Source: Octopus bimaculoides
Taxonomy: Eukaryota
Length of the DNA stretch: 63,875 bases
Direction: 5' to 3'
Assembly (NCBI RefSeq): GCF_001194135.2
Contig: NC_069001.1
Span: 35,053,834-35,117,708 of the forward strand
Below, in pieces: positions 12,512 to 25,564 of the stretch. A model generated the notes under the pieces. That model saw only the letters and a program-made list of their open reading frames with translations. It searched no databases and was not told where the DNA came from. Position numbers and translations under genes: made by a program. Every line of letters starts with the position of its first letter. The first letter of the stretch is position 1.

Positions 12512-13138
12512 CATCATGAAGGCGGTGAGCTGGCACAGTTTTTACTGTACCAAGTAAAACAACAATAATAATAATAATAATGATAACAATAAATTAATCA
12601 TAAATCTCCTGAGATCCATGGTCAATAACATGAGACATGGATGCAGAAGGTGTGAAGAAAATAGTTTATTAGCAAATTCCTTCAAGCAGAACTGTCTTGG
12701 AGAGATGAACATCTTGGTGAAGAAGAAATCAAAATGGGAATCGCTACAGTATTATTCACATACCATGAGTAGCTATTACAGCGGCAGTGATGGTGGTGGT
12801 AGTGGTAGTGGTGGTGCCAGTGGTGGCGGCGGTGGCGGTGGGGGTTTTGTTGTTGTTATTAAGGTGTCGAATTGGCTGAATCATTACGGTGGTAGAACGA
12901 TGTGCAATATTCATTCCGGCTCTCTGTGTTCTGGGTTCAAGTCCTGCCAAAATCAACTTTCCTTTTCGTTTCTCTGAGGCTCAGTGAAATATACCCTCAA
13001 CCTTGTATAGTATTTGGGTTCATCTTATCAGCTAAATCCCCTTCCCTTTAAATCGCTGGCCCTATGAGTGTTGGCAACTGGAAAGGTATCCAGCCTTAAA
13101 AAAAAAAACCACTGTGAATATGGAAAACTCAATATTAA

Positions 13139-13195
<57 letters not shown>

Positions 13196-13410
13196 ATTAG
13201 GCGGTGGGCTGGAAGAATTGTTAGCACGACAGGCAAAATGTTTAGCAGTATTTTGTCTGCCGCTATGTTCTGAGTTCAAATTCCACTGAAGTCGACTTTG
13301 CCTTTCATCCTTTCGCGATCGATTAAACAAGTACCAGTTCTGAACTGGAGTCGATGTAATCAACTTAATCGCTTCCCCCAAATTTGAGGCCTTGTGCTTC
13401 CCATAGAAAT
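12050..13410 (+). mobile_element. Head-to-tail array of SINE family B copies (about 12050-12205, 12237-12450, head 12520-12545, 12861-13085, 13199-13410) spaced by (ATT)n
   Basis: Repeated GCTGGCAGAATTGTTAG..TTCTGAGTTCAAATTC..GCCTTTCATCCTTTC..AAGTACCAG..GGCCTTGTGC. Confidence 0.85.
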
Positions 13411-14163
13411 TATTATTATTATTATTATTATTATTAGTAGTAGTAGTAGTAGTAGTAGTGGAGGGGGAGGAGGTATTGTCACCTTTCAACTGTCAAAATA
13501 TATAACATTCCTCTGTATCATGGAAGCATTTACATGAATAATGTCCAAAGCCGTTGGTCTCTGTGACAAATATCATGGAACTTCTAAATGACCTGATAAA
13601 ATGTCTAAATTAAGAAAAACACCAACCGCTTCCCTACCCCACCCCAAAATTATTAACGACGACGATCAGGATTATGATAAGGTTAGCAAAGCCAGTAATA
13701 CGAAGCACTGCTTACTAAGGTGGTAGTAGTGATGATGATGATGATGATGCTGGGATGGTCATTGTTGGTAGGTGGCTGTAACTTGTAGTTATGTTATATG
13801 ATAAATGATAGATGCAGTGTTGAATTACTCATGCATTCGCACCTCTGGTGTATTTCAAATGGCAAACGTGGTTGCCGCTGATGTCTGGGATTGGTGAAAT
13901 AGTGAAGTGAATGAATCAGGCAGATTTGGAAAGCTGTTTACGGGGATATATATATGTATATATATATATATATATATATGTGTAGGTATATATAAATATA
14001 TATATGTATGTGTATATCAATATATATATATGTATGAGTGTATATATAAATATATGTGTAGGTATATATAAAAATATATATGTATGTATATATAAATATA
14101 TATATGTATGTGTATATAAATATATATCTATATATAAATATATATCTATATATAAATAAATAA

Positions 14164-14204
<41 letters not shown>

Positions 14205-14207
<3 letters not shown>

Positions 14208-14249
14208 CATCATCATCATCATCGTTTAACGTCCGCTTTCCATGCTAGC
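14205..14249 (-). mobile_element. Extremely truncated RTE-type 3' tail with (GAT)n
   Basis: Reverse complement TGCTAGCATGGAAAGCGGACGTTAAACGATGATG is identical to the 3' end of 19674-20083. Confidence 0.85.
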
Positions 14250-14257
14250 AGTATATA

Positions 14258-14307
<50 letters not shown>

Positions 14308-14982
14308 TATGTATGTATATATAGATATATATGTGTGTATATGTACGTATGAATATGTGTGTGTATATATGTATGTATGTATGTATGGCTTTCTATTTAT
14401 ATATACACACACATACATAAGTTGTTGTTGTGTGCAAGTACTATACTGTCAAAGTTCCAATCATGTGAAGTATCTATCCTGCAGTTTTCATTAACCGGAA
14501 TAGTTTAAGAAGAAATGACTAATAGTTTACAGGTTAGTCACAAGAAGAAAGCGAAAAAAAAATACTGTAAGGAAACATGAAAATAAATCTTCAGGAAAAA
14601 AATAAAGTACAATAATAATGAAAGAAATGAAGAGCAAATGGCAAACGAAGAACTGTCTTGGTTTAATGAAATCATGTGAGCAATCATTGCCACAGAACCG
14701 ACACCGACACCGTCATTGTCACCTCCACTCCTCCACTGAGAAATATAAATAAAACTTTATGTGGGACACACACACACATGCACACTCACGCACACACACA
14801 CACACATGCACACACACACACAATACATACATACACATGCACAGGTGTTGCTTTATTTCATATTTTTAATAGACGCATGTGCATCTATATATGTGTGGGT
14901 ATGTGCTTGTGTTTCTTCCTTCAATGCTTTTAATGAATGTGTCTACAAACACACACACACACATGCATACATATATATTATA

Positions 14983-15319
14983 TAGGCCTAGGAGTGGCTG
15001 TGTGGTAAGTAGCTTGCTTCCCGACCACATGGTTCTGGGTTCAGTCCCACTGTGTGGCATCTTGGGCAAGTGTCTTCTACTATAGCCTCAGGCCGACCAT
15101 AGCCTTGTGAGTCGATTTGGTAGACGGAAACTGAAAGAAGCCTGTCGTATATATGTATATATATATATGTGTGTGTGTGTATGTGTTTGTATGTCTGTGT
15201 TTGTCCCTCCAACATCGCTTGACAACCGATGCTGGTGTGTTTATGTCCCCGTAACTTAGCGGTTCGGCAAAAGAGGCCGATAGAATAAGTACTAGGCTTA
15301 CAAAGAATAAGTCCTGGGG
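14983..15319 (+). mobile_element. SINE family A, 3' end lost in assembly gap
   Basis: Colinear with 51743-52132 up to GAATAAGTCCTGGGG. Confidence 0.9.
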
Positions 15320-15516
15320 NNNNNNNNNNNNNNNNNNNNNNNNNNNNNNNNNNNNNNNNNNNNNNNNNNNNNNNNNNNNNNNNNNNNNNNNNNNNNNNNN
15401 NNNNNNNNNNNNNNNNNNNNNNNNNNNNNNNNNNNNNNNNNNNNNNNNNNNNNNNNNNNNNNNNNNNNNNNNNNNNNNNNNNNNNNNNNNNNNNNNNNNN
15501 NNNNNNNNNNNNNATA

Positions 15517-15549
<33 letters not shown>

Positions 15550-15754
15550 GGTGTTCACATCATAGGAAGTTAGAAACTTTGAGGTATGAAATAGGTAGAA
15601 GGCTAGCCTTCAGTTTTTTTTCCACCCAAGTGTGTTTTTTTTTTAAACTTCATATTAAACCCAGTATTTAGATTGCACCATGGAAGATGTTTGTAAGCCA
15701 TTCAAGAACATACAAAGACTGTTAGTTTCACTTCAACATTTAAATCTTATTTGA

Positions 15755-15799
15755 GTCAAAATATTTTCGTCGCTTTGAAACTGCAACCTGTTCGGTGAC
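15755..15799 (-). ncRNA. Degenerate minimal hammerhead-like scaffold
   Basis: Minus strand: GTCA CCGAACAG GTTGC-AGTTTCAAA-GCGAC GAA AATATT T TGAC. Stems I and II and a palindromic stem III are all present; the catalytic box is non-canonical. Confidence 0.35.
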
Positions 15800-16189
15800 A
15801 AAAACTTCATATTTTGTATTACTTGAAACATGATCTACTTTGAGTTACACTGTTAAAACATGATTTCTCAACAGACAGACAGACATAGATCGATAGATAG
15901 ATAGTAGGACATATATTATGCTCATTATATATATATTTACTCTCTCTCTCTCTCTCATTGCATAACCATGTACCACCTCTACAGCTAGACACCTGTTTCT
16001 GCTTCTCCATTTCTCTGTTATAGTCTAACCTTTCTTCATTTGATACTGGATCACCTCCTCTAATGCTCCTTTTGTTATGGCAAGAGACCCGCTTCTGTCT
16101 CTTTGTCACACCCTAACCTTTCATCCCCTGACACAAGTTCCCCCCCTCAAATTCCCTTGCCCCTCTCATAATTCCTTTTCTTGTGAGTT

Positions 16190-16470
16190 ATTTGTTTGCC
16201 TTGCCAGTGCTGGTGCCACGTTAAAAGCATCCAGTCCACACTGTAATGTGGTTGGCGTCTGGAAAGGCATCCAGGTGTAAAAATAAGGCCCAAACTAACT
16301 TAGCCTGTGCTAGTGCCATGTAAAAAGCACTGAGTCTACTCTGCATCCAGCCGCTAAATCCCTACCAAAACAGATACAGCAGCCTAGGGTAGATTTTCTA
16401 CCTGGTCAGCTCCTGTCATCCGTCCTACCCATGCATGCATGGAAGATGGACATTAAATTATGTTGATGAT
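16190..16470 (+). mobile_element. Degraded RTE-type LINE 3' end
   Basis: GTGCCACGTTAAAAGCA..GGTTGGCGTCTGGAAAGGCATCCAG..CCCATGCATGCATGGAAGATGGACATTAAA..GATGATG. Confidence 0.75.
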
Positions 16471-18859
16471 GATATATATAGGTTGGTTGACTGGAAGATA
16501 AACAGCTGGAAATATACATGTGTGCATGTGTGTGTATATATATATGTATATAGATAGATAGATAGATGAACATATATATATATATATATATATATGTATA
16601 CACACACACACATATATCCATATATATATATTTAAGTCACAATATATGCATTCAGCTTATCTGCTGGTACTCATAAAAAAAGGAGCTCTTTAATGTATCA
16701 GTCTACAAAACATATTCCTCTCGTCATATGTATGTATATATATGTATGTATGTATGTACGTATGTATGTACGTATGTATATATGTATGTAATATATGTAT
16801 ATATATATATATAATGTGTATTCATACAGATAGATAGACAGATAGGAATAACAGAAATATAGAGACAGATTGATACTTAGATAGATAGAATGATTGATTG
16901 ATAGATAGGTGAAGAGATGAAAAAAAAATCAACACAGCACGAGATACAGCTTTAAATTACAAGAGCAGTAATGCCAATAGAAAATCAAATATTTTGCTCC
17001 ATATTGTCAGCAGAGTTTATAATTTATTCCTATTTAGCCAAAAAAAACAACTGTGACAACAACAAGAGCAAATGAGGAAAAAACAATGCAAAAAAATAAA
17101 CGAATAATAAAAGGAAACATCTAACAAACGTTTCACTTTGAAAAAAAATTAATTTCATATTTTGGGGGTTAATGTAGTTAGGATTATCAAGGTTGTCTTT
17201 TGAGGTGGAATTTGAGAAGCTCATAACACATCTTTGAGAGATTTATATGGGAAGGTGTAGGCTTATACACACACACACAGATACATTGCATTATATTTAT
17301 TACCACTGTATAGTATTGTGTGTTTATGATATATATATATATANNNNNNNNNNNNNNNNNNNNNNNNNNNNNNNNNNNNNNNNNNNNNNNNNNNNNNNNN
17401 NNNNNNNNNNNNNNNNNNNNNNNNNNNNNNNNNNNNNNNNNNNNNNNNNNNNNNNNNNNNNNNNNNNNNNNNNNNNNNNNNNNNNNNNNNNNNNNNNNNN
17501 NNNNNNNNNNNNNNNNNNNNNNNNNNNNNNNNNNNNNNNNNNNNNNNNNNNNNNNNNNNNNNNNNNNNNNNNNNNNNNNNNNNNNNNNNNNNNNNNNNNN
17601 NNNNNNNNNNNNNNNNNNNNNNNNNNNNNNNNNNNNNNNNNNNNNNNNNNNNNNNNNNNNNNNNNNNNNNNNNNNNNNNNNNNNNNNNNNNNNNNNNNNN
17701 NNNNNNNNNNNNNNNNNNNNNNNNNNNNNNNNNNNNNNNNNNNNNNNNNNNNNNNNNNNNNNNNNNNNNNNNNNNNNNNNNNNNNNNNNNNNNNNNNNNN
17801 NNNNNNNNNNNTATATATATATATATATGACACACATACACCCTCCCTTATTTTACATGTTTAAAATATCCTTAAAGTTTTATGGATATTATTGGAGTCT
17901 AATTTTTATCACTCTGCCTTTAACTGCAAAAATCTGGAAGGATTCTTACCACACACACAAACAGACACACACTCACACACACACATATATATAATCTTTT
18001 TTACAATAACTAAACAACAACAGCAAGCAAATCCACTTCCATACTTATTGTATTTATGTATATAATTCCTCATTGTGTATATTTTATTCATTAGTTTTAT
18101 TAAACCTTTTTGTTTGCGTTATTATTGTTCTTCGGTGTTAGATTTAAAAATGCTTTCATCTTCAGATCTATCTACAAAAATTATCCATCATTTACTCTAC
18201 ACTGCGGTTGTTTTAACATAGGTGTTGGTGAGGGGAACCACTGTTGGAATTATTTGTTTTTTTTGTGGGGTTTAAGTGTTGGGGGTTGTAAACCCCTGCT
18301 ATCATACCGTTTAATCAGTTTCCTAAAAGCCTTTTCTGATACAAAAAAAAAAAAGGAGTAGTATATATTTTGTATTCCCTTTAATAAAATATGCTGGGAC
18401 TGCCTTCTAAGAAGATTGGAGATTTAAATATTTAAAGAATATTTTTTTACGCTCACCAATACATGTATGTGGATATCTATAAGTGTGTGTGTGTATGTGT
18501 GTGTGTGTGTGTGTGTATATCATATATAAACATATCGTATATATATTTATATATGATATTTANNNNNNNNNNNNNCATATATATATATACATATATATCA
18601 TATATATATATATATGTATATGTATATGGTATTTATGTATGATATATATGTATACATATATGTGTATATATGGTTGTGTGTGTGTATGTATGTGTGTGTG
18701 TATATGTGGGTATTTTCATATCTATATTTGCATGTGTGTTTGTGTATATGGATCTGAAGCTAAACAATTTATTTGCAATAAATTTAGTTATGATATTTTT
18801 AAGATAGGTTTTGAACTTCACTGTGTTAGGAGAAAGAATGGAGATTTTATTTCCATTTA

Positions 18860-19560
18860 ACTTTTTTCAACTATATAGCAAAACGAGAATGAGGTTTTAA
18901 CATATAGTGAAAGATGAAAAATTTAACTTTAAATGATACAAAAAAAAATCAATAACTAAAAAAAAAATGAAGCAAAATGTAGAAGAATGTTTGACTGAAG
19001 TACTTGGATTAAAGAATTTTATGGAAAATATTCACACTTGAAGTGTATGAGAAATATGAAAAACTGTCTTAGTAGAAGAGAGGAAGAATGCACAAATAAC
19101 AAACTTAAAATGACAGAAATATGGAGAGAAAGATTTTGAGTTTGTGAAGACCAAAGAAAATTATGGAAGACTAAAAGAGACATATGATTGGATGAAGTCC
19201 AAGCAGAGAGAAGGAGAGAAATATGGAAATATATTCAGCAAAATATGAAGAAAAATGAAATGAAATGAAATGAAATGGGATGAATTTATTTTGGAAGTTT
19301 AGAAAAAAAAATATATTTGAAGTGTAGGAAAATATGTGTATATAAAATTAAAGAGCGATATTAAAAAGATGAAAAAGAGATGTAGAATTAGACAGATTGA
19401 GTTGTGGAGATACGAAGGAAAGTATGGAAAGTATAAATGAGAAATATTTGAAGAGTTTTGAAAGAAATTTAGAAGGAGATGGTTTACACGGAATTATCGA
19501 AGTGTGAAGGAAACTATGGAAGTATAGATGAAGACAGCACACTAAACTATGGAAAAGCCA
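18860..19560 (+). mobile_element. Possible highly decayed L1/Tx1-like LINE ORF2 3' remnant
   Basis: Purine-rich, strand-biased sequence with broken frames such as EIFEEF*KKFRRRWFTRNYRSVKETME. No catalytic motif seen. Confidence 0.3.
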
Positions 19561-19673
19561 AAGACAAACAGAGAAGAACGAAGAAAACTATTACTACTAC
19601 TACTACTACTACTTTTTCTTCTTCTTCTACTGTTTAGTGAGGAATGTATAATCTTCTTATTTACCATAGCTAA

Positions 19674-20083
19674 TATTTCACTCGGCTTGCGAAGACCTAT
19701 TGGGGCAAGCGAAAGCGAAACCATCATGGCACCTGTGCCCAGCATCGCCTTCCTGGCACTTGTGCCGGATGGCACCTGTAAAGACATTCGAGCGAGATTG
19801 TTGCCAGTGCCGCCGAACTGGCTCCTGTGCAGGTGGCACGTAAAATACACTATTTTGAGCATGGCCGTCGCCAATACTGCCTGACTGACCTTCATGCTAT
19901 TGGCACGTAAAAGCACCCACTGCACTCTCTGAGTGGTTGGCGTTAGGAAGGGCATCCAGCTGTAGAAACTCTGCCAAATCAGATTGGAGCCTGGTGTAGC
20001 CATCTGGTTTCACCAGTCCTCAGTCAAATCGTCCAACCCATGCTAGCATGGAAAGCGGACGTTAAACGATGATGATGATGATG
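19674..20083 (+). mobile_element. RTE-type LINE 3' end: tandem GGCACGTAAAA-containing UTR units, conserved terminal block and (GAT)n tail
   Basis: GGTTGGCGTTAGGAAGGGCATCCAGCTGTAGAAAC..CCAACCCATGCTAGCATGGAAAGCGGACGTTAAACGATGATG, shared with 29126, 48556 and 56225. Confidence 0.85.
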
Positions 20084-20254
20084 TATAGCGATGCCAAATA
20101 CCTGGTGTCAGAACTCATGATACATACACTTCAGAATGAAGCATCAACTGAGCACAGAACAGTAATAAGTGAGATAACGAAGGGATAAATAATTATCTCA
20201 TGAACTTCATTAGCTTACATCTGTTTCTGCTGTAAGATGCAATGCACTCACATC

Positions 20255-20377
20255 GGTGCAGGAGTGGCTGGGTGATAAGTAGTTTGCTTACCAACCACAT
20301 GGTTTCAGGTTTGGTCCCACTGTGAGGCACTTTGGGCAATTGTTTTCTACTATAGCCTCAAGCTCAAACAAGTCCAT

Positions 20378-20411
<34 letters not shown>

Positions 20412-20590
20412 CTGATAGGGCACAGATAGTGTGTCAGTAGCCAGCTGGAGATGTCTTCCTGGGGCTACAAGCTAGAGTAGCATCGACCCTTAAGGGTTAG
20501 CCACATTTAGGTGACAGGTATACTTCACGATGTCATGCCACTATTGTTTATACCTCGCTCTGAGATTTATTATATATGTATGTGTGTGTG

Positions 20591-20621
<31 letters not shown>

Positions 20622-20835
20622 TTGTTTGTGTGTGTGTGTGTTTGTCCTACTATCACTAGGCAACCGATGCTGGTTTGTTTACATCCCCATAAACTAGCGG
20701 TTTGGCAAAAGAGACCGATAGAATAAGTACTAGGGTTTTAAAGGATAAGTCCTGGATAGATTTGTTCAACTAAAGGTGGCGCTCCAGCATGGCTATAGTC
20801 AAATGACTGAAACAAATAAAAGAATAAAAGAATTG
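20255..20835 (+). mobile_element. SINE family A with an extra segment of about 160 bp inside its microsatellite hinge
   Basis: Head 20255-20378 and tail 20630-20835 match family A; 20411-20570 is unrelated. Confidence 0.8.
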
Positions 20836-21229
20836 GTAANNNNNNNNNNNNNNNNNNNNNNNNNNNNNNNNNNNNNNNNNNNNNNNNNNNNNNNNNNNNN
20901 NNNNNNNNNNNNNNNNNNNNNNNNNNNNNNNNNNNNNNNNNNNNNNNNNNNNNNNNNNNNNNNNNNNNNNNNNNNNNNNNNNNNNNNNNNNNNNNNNNNN
21001 NNNNNNNNNNNNNNNNNNNNNNNNNNNNNNNNNNNNNNNNNNNNNNNNNNNNNNNNNNNNNNNNNNNNNNNNNNNNNNNNNNNNNNNNNNNNNNNNNNNN
21101 NNNNNNNNNNNNNNNNNNNNNNNNNNNNNNNNNNNNNNNNNNNNNNNNNNNNNNNNNNNNNNNNNNNNNNNNNNNNNNNNNNNNNNNNNNNNNNNNNNNN
21201 NNNNNNNNNNNNNNNNNNNNNNNNNNNNN

Positions 21230-21560
21230 GTTTCGGTTCTCAGACCGGGCATTGTGAGTGTTTATTGAGCGAAAACACCTAAAGCTCCACAAGGCTCCGG
21301 TAGGGGATGGTGGCGAACCCTGCTGTACTCTTTCACCACAACTTTCTCTCACTCTTACTTCCTGTTTCTGTTGTGCCTGTAATTCAAAGGGTCAGCCTTG
21401 TCACACTGTGTCACGCTGAATATCCCCAAGAACTACGTTAAGGGTACACGTGTCTGTGGAGTGCTCAGCCACTTGCATGCTAATTTCACGAGCAGGCTGT
21501 TCCGTTGATCGGATCAACTGGAACCCTCGACGTTGTAAGCGACGGAGTGCCAACAACAAC
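21230..21560 (+). mobile_element. SINE related to family D with a long 3' domain and (CAA)n tail; 5' end in gap
   Basis: GAACTACGTTAAGGGTACAC..TGTCTGTGGAGTGCTCAGCCACTT is shared with 39372-39540. Confidence 0.7.
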
Positions 21561-21634
21561 ATACTCAGATTATTATTTTAGATGCAGTTTTATTTATTTA
21601 CATTGCTTTGAATTAATTATGAATTAATTTCTGT

Positions 21635-21780
21635 CTTCAAGGGTTTGACACAGTGCGAGTTTATTTTTAGAATGACATTGTAGGGTAGTCATGAGGGGAC
21701 CAGATTTGGCCTGTTCGAATATAAGGCAGGTAAAATGTTTTGGCTGGATATGGCCGGTTTAAATGCTAAAAGGCTAAAAC
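21635..21780 (+). mobile_element. Partial second TTAA-type MITE (3' end GGCCGGTTTAAATGCTAAAAGGCTAA)
   Basis: End is reverse-complementary to the TTAACCCATTACCATTTAAACCAGCCATAT end at 10908. Confidence 0.45.
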
Positions 21781-21861
21781 AGAAAGTCTGTTTCATAGAT
21801 CCAGGGCAGTTACAGGTGGATTGACATCAAAAGGTTTAAGGTAGCATGGAAAATAACAAAA

Positions 21862-21983
21862 TCCGAAAGGATTAACGACAGAGTCAACCTTAGCGGAATT
21901 TGAACTCAGAGCATAAGGATGGATGAAATACCGCTAAACATTTTTGCCTGGCATTCTAACAATTCTGCCAGCTCACCACCTTA
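21862..21983 (-). mobile_element. SINE family B 5' half
   Basis: AATTCTGCCAGCTCACCACCTT followed by (AAT)n. Confidence 0.85.
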
Positions 21984-21984
21984 C

Positions 21985-22041
<57 letters not shown>

Positions 22042-22935
22042 GATTATGATGGTGATGATGGTGAAGAATTCCAACTCAGTAAATTTCTGTGTATCCAAAT
22101 GTGAATGTATCGGAGCGTCACAGGTGACTCATCTAATATCTGAAGCATGGAAGACAATGTAGAGAAATGACAGCAATAATTCAAGTGATGAGGATGATGA
22201 TGATGATGATGATGAGGAAGAGGAGGCTGAATTATGATGATTGTCATAATGGCAATCATGTTGAGTATAGTCATAATGATGAGTAGAAGAGTATGGCAAT
22301 GTTGATGATAGTGATGNNNNNNNNNNNNNNNNNNNNNNNNNNNNNNNNNNNNNNNNNNNNNNNNTGACGATGATGGGCATGATGATGATGATATTGACGA
22401 TGGTGATGACAATGATGATGATGTTGTTGATGAAGACGCTGATTATAAAGATATTGTTGCTGTTGATGATGGCAGCAATGGGTTTATGGTGATGGTGATG
22501 ATGATGACAACGGAAAAGAAATATCTATCTTTCTCCTAATTGCTTTCTCTTACGGCTTTCTTTTGGAAACAAACAAAAAATTGAAAAGGAATAAAAATAA
22601 ATAAATAAAGCAATAAACTATGAAATCATGAAACAAGAAAACAAAATCAATAAAAATATTAAAAAAACAAAAGAAAGAGTAAGAAAATACATCATGGGAA
22701 AGTGGTGTGTGTGTGTCTGTGTGTTTGCGTGTGTTTATGGTGTGTGTGTGGTGTGTAGGGAGCAAGGACAGCTTGCAGTGGAACAGGAGACGATCCATAT
22801 AAATATGGACTCAAGAATAAAATAATAATTAAGTCCATTTGAAATTCTGTTGGGGTCATAAACTATGTGAGTGAGGCAAGGGTGCAGAACGAAGGGCCAC
22901 TAGCACCCTGTTGTTCTCCAATCAGTAAATATATG

Positions 22936-22986
<51 letters not shown>

Positions 22987-23609
22987 TTTGGAAAGCTGCT
23001 TGCCATTTTTTTTTTCCAATTGCGGAATAAATGACTTCTCCTTATTTATCTGAAGAAAGATGACGATATATTAAGGGAAGCGTCCCCTTATCTCCCATCA
23101 TCCGCCACGCTGTGTCAACTAGACTATGTAATGGAATAATTCTTGAAGACAGAGAAGAAGAGGAAGAAGAGAATGAAAGGGAGAGAGAGAGAGAAAGGTG
23201 AGAAGGAAAGGCAGTGATGCATAGGAGAATATAAGAGAGGGTTACTTGGAAAGTAGAGAGGAAGGAGAAAAAGATAGATAGATAAACAGAGAGAAAGAAA
23301 GAGAGAGAGAGGGAAGAGAGAGAAGGAGGGAGTGAGAAATGTAGAAATTTGTGAAAGACAAAAGGAAGAAGAATAATATATTCATCATCATCATCATCAC
23401 CATCATCACCATCCTCCTCCACTACTTCTTTCTCCTCCTCCCCCTCCTCTTCATCATCATCATTGTAGTTGTCATTTCCTCAGGAGCGAAGATGAGACAC
23501 ATACATACATACATACACACATACACACACACACACATATATATATACATATACACACACACATATATATGTATGTATATATATACATATATATACATAT
23601 ATATGTATG

Positions 23610-23645
<36 letters not shown>

Positions 23646-23796
23646 TCTATATATGTATATATATATATACACACACAGCTTTGCAATCAATGAGTTGCTG
23701 CCAATGTTGTGCCTTGTTGTGTTGATATATTGCTGTCTCTCTTTCTGCGGTCGGAATTGAAACAGCCAGCATCGGTCCAGGCTGTGACTCAGATGG

Positions 23797-23815
23797 TAGC
23801 GCCACCTGGATGCCA
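23797..23815 (-). promoter_or_regulatory. CTCF-like binding motif
   Basis: Minus strand TGGCATCCAGGTGGCGCTA versus the core consensus TGGCCACCAGGGGGCGCTA gives 16 of 19 matches. It lies in a unique, CpG-containing island. Confidence 0.4.
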
Positions 23816-23914
23816 TTTTAAATAATTCAGAACTTCTTCGGCAGAAGAGAATATATCTTCCTCATCACATACACATCGCTCTCGCGTGAGTATGTGTGTG
23901 TATGTGTGTGTGTG

Positions 23915-24100
23915 TGGCCATGCTGGGGCGACACCTCGAATGGTCTAGTTGATCAAATTGATCTCAGAATTTGCTCTTTTTAAAGCCTGGTGCTTTTTCT
24001 CTTGTCCCTTTCATTCTAACCCCTAAGTAATAGGAATGTAAACGAACCAACATTGGGTGAAAAGTTGTGAGAGATAAACACACACACACACTCATACACA
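23915..24100 (-). mobile_element. Old, diverged SINE family A 3' half
   Basis: GTGGCCATGCTGG..CAAATTGA..GTAAAC..CCAACAT order matches family A. Confidence 0.6.
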
Positions 24101-25297
24101 CATACACACACACACACTTTCTGCAGTTCTCTAAGTAAGCATGTCTGGGCTGTTTGTTATTTAGTACTCTTGGAGATTGTTCATCTCACCTGGAATCATA
24201 ATGGGGTTAGCAACAGGAGGAGCATCTGCCCCAACATGCTTTCATTGAATTCCAACAAAGCATGGAAAAGTAAATGGGCTCTTTTTCTTCTTCTTCTTCT
24301 TCTTCTTCTTCTTCATCCTCCTCCTTTTTCTCACTATGTTACTACAATGCAATAAGACCTGTACAGCTTCATGTAATTTATTTCAATCTGTCGAGGGTCA
24401 GCCCTAAGAGGTAACAAGAGTGGCAGTCATCTGACACAATGTGATGTGTTGCTTACAGCCTCCCAGATATTGGTGCTGGCTGTGGCAATGAGAAAACTAA
24501 CTTTGAGCTAAGTTTCTCTCATCTAGCCATATGGCTACTCAGCTGACAGCTGGTCACATAAGGGTGTGTGTGTATGAGAGAGGGGGGGGAGAAAGAGAGA
24601 GAGAGAGAGGGAGAGAGAGAGAAAGAGAAAGCAAGAAAATGAGTCAATGATGATAAATGACAGATTTGACCAGAAAAAAAATCCTTGTGTCATCCACAGC
24701 AGTGAAATTAAATTTCTTCTAACAAGAAACTAAAAGATGATAAAAAACAATCCCCAAAATGAGTGTTTTTATTTTAAATCCATAAGGTGAAAGAAAAATA
24801 TATCAAATATTTGACAGCATCCAATAAATTCTTTGCAAGAATTACGATACTATTTTTTAAAATATTTTTGTGGGTTTCTTGATTATGTTTTGGCACCAAT
24901 TTTACAGATTACTTACTTTAAATTATAAGGTCAAAATGATTATAACCAAAATTAGATTTACCACTTTGGTGGTAGCATATTTATCTTGTGCTTAATTAAA
25001 CAATTCTGCTAATTTCAAAGTGATTATATTTGAATTAAAACCTTTCCATAATTTATTTCATGTAACAAAACAAAACAACCCAAGATATGTTTGCAAAATA
25101 GTATTTGAAACACTGGGGTGATAGTTAAAAACAAAAAAACAAACAAACAAACAAAAAAAACAAAAGATATTTTAATTTAATTAGATCCTTCCAAATTCTT
25201 CATTATTTTCAAAATTAATTAAAACACATGAATGAATGAATGAATATCCGCGTTATGTTGATTGTCAGGGGCTGCAAATACAACCTCTTAGTTTTTT

Positions 25298-25475
25298 TCT
25301 TTTATTCTTTTACTTGTTTCAGTCATTTGACTGTAGCCATGCTGGAGCATTGCCTTTAGCCGAACAAATTGACCCCAGGACTTTGTAAGTCTAGTACTTC
25401 TTTTATCGGTCCCCTTTGCCAAAGCACTAAGTTACTGCAACGTAAACGCACCAACATCGGTTGTCAAGTTATGTC
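25298..25475 (-). mobile_element. SINE family A 3' half
   Basis: TTTTACTTGTTTCAGTCATTTGACTGTAGCCATGCTGGAGCA..CACCAACATCGGTTGTCAAG. Confidence 0.85.
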
Positions 25476-25564
25476 TATATGTTTTCTTTTTCTAGATAAA
25501 TAGGGTCAGTTGGCCCTGAGGTCTCTTCTGATTCGATTTACTACCAGGGTTGCCCTTAGTTATG

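Noticed and set aside
24467-24545. DIGAGCG as a SAM-methyltransferase motif I
   Set aside because: Short isolated match; the frame stops soon and no good donor exists.
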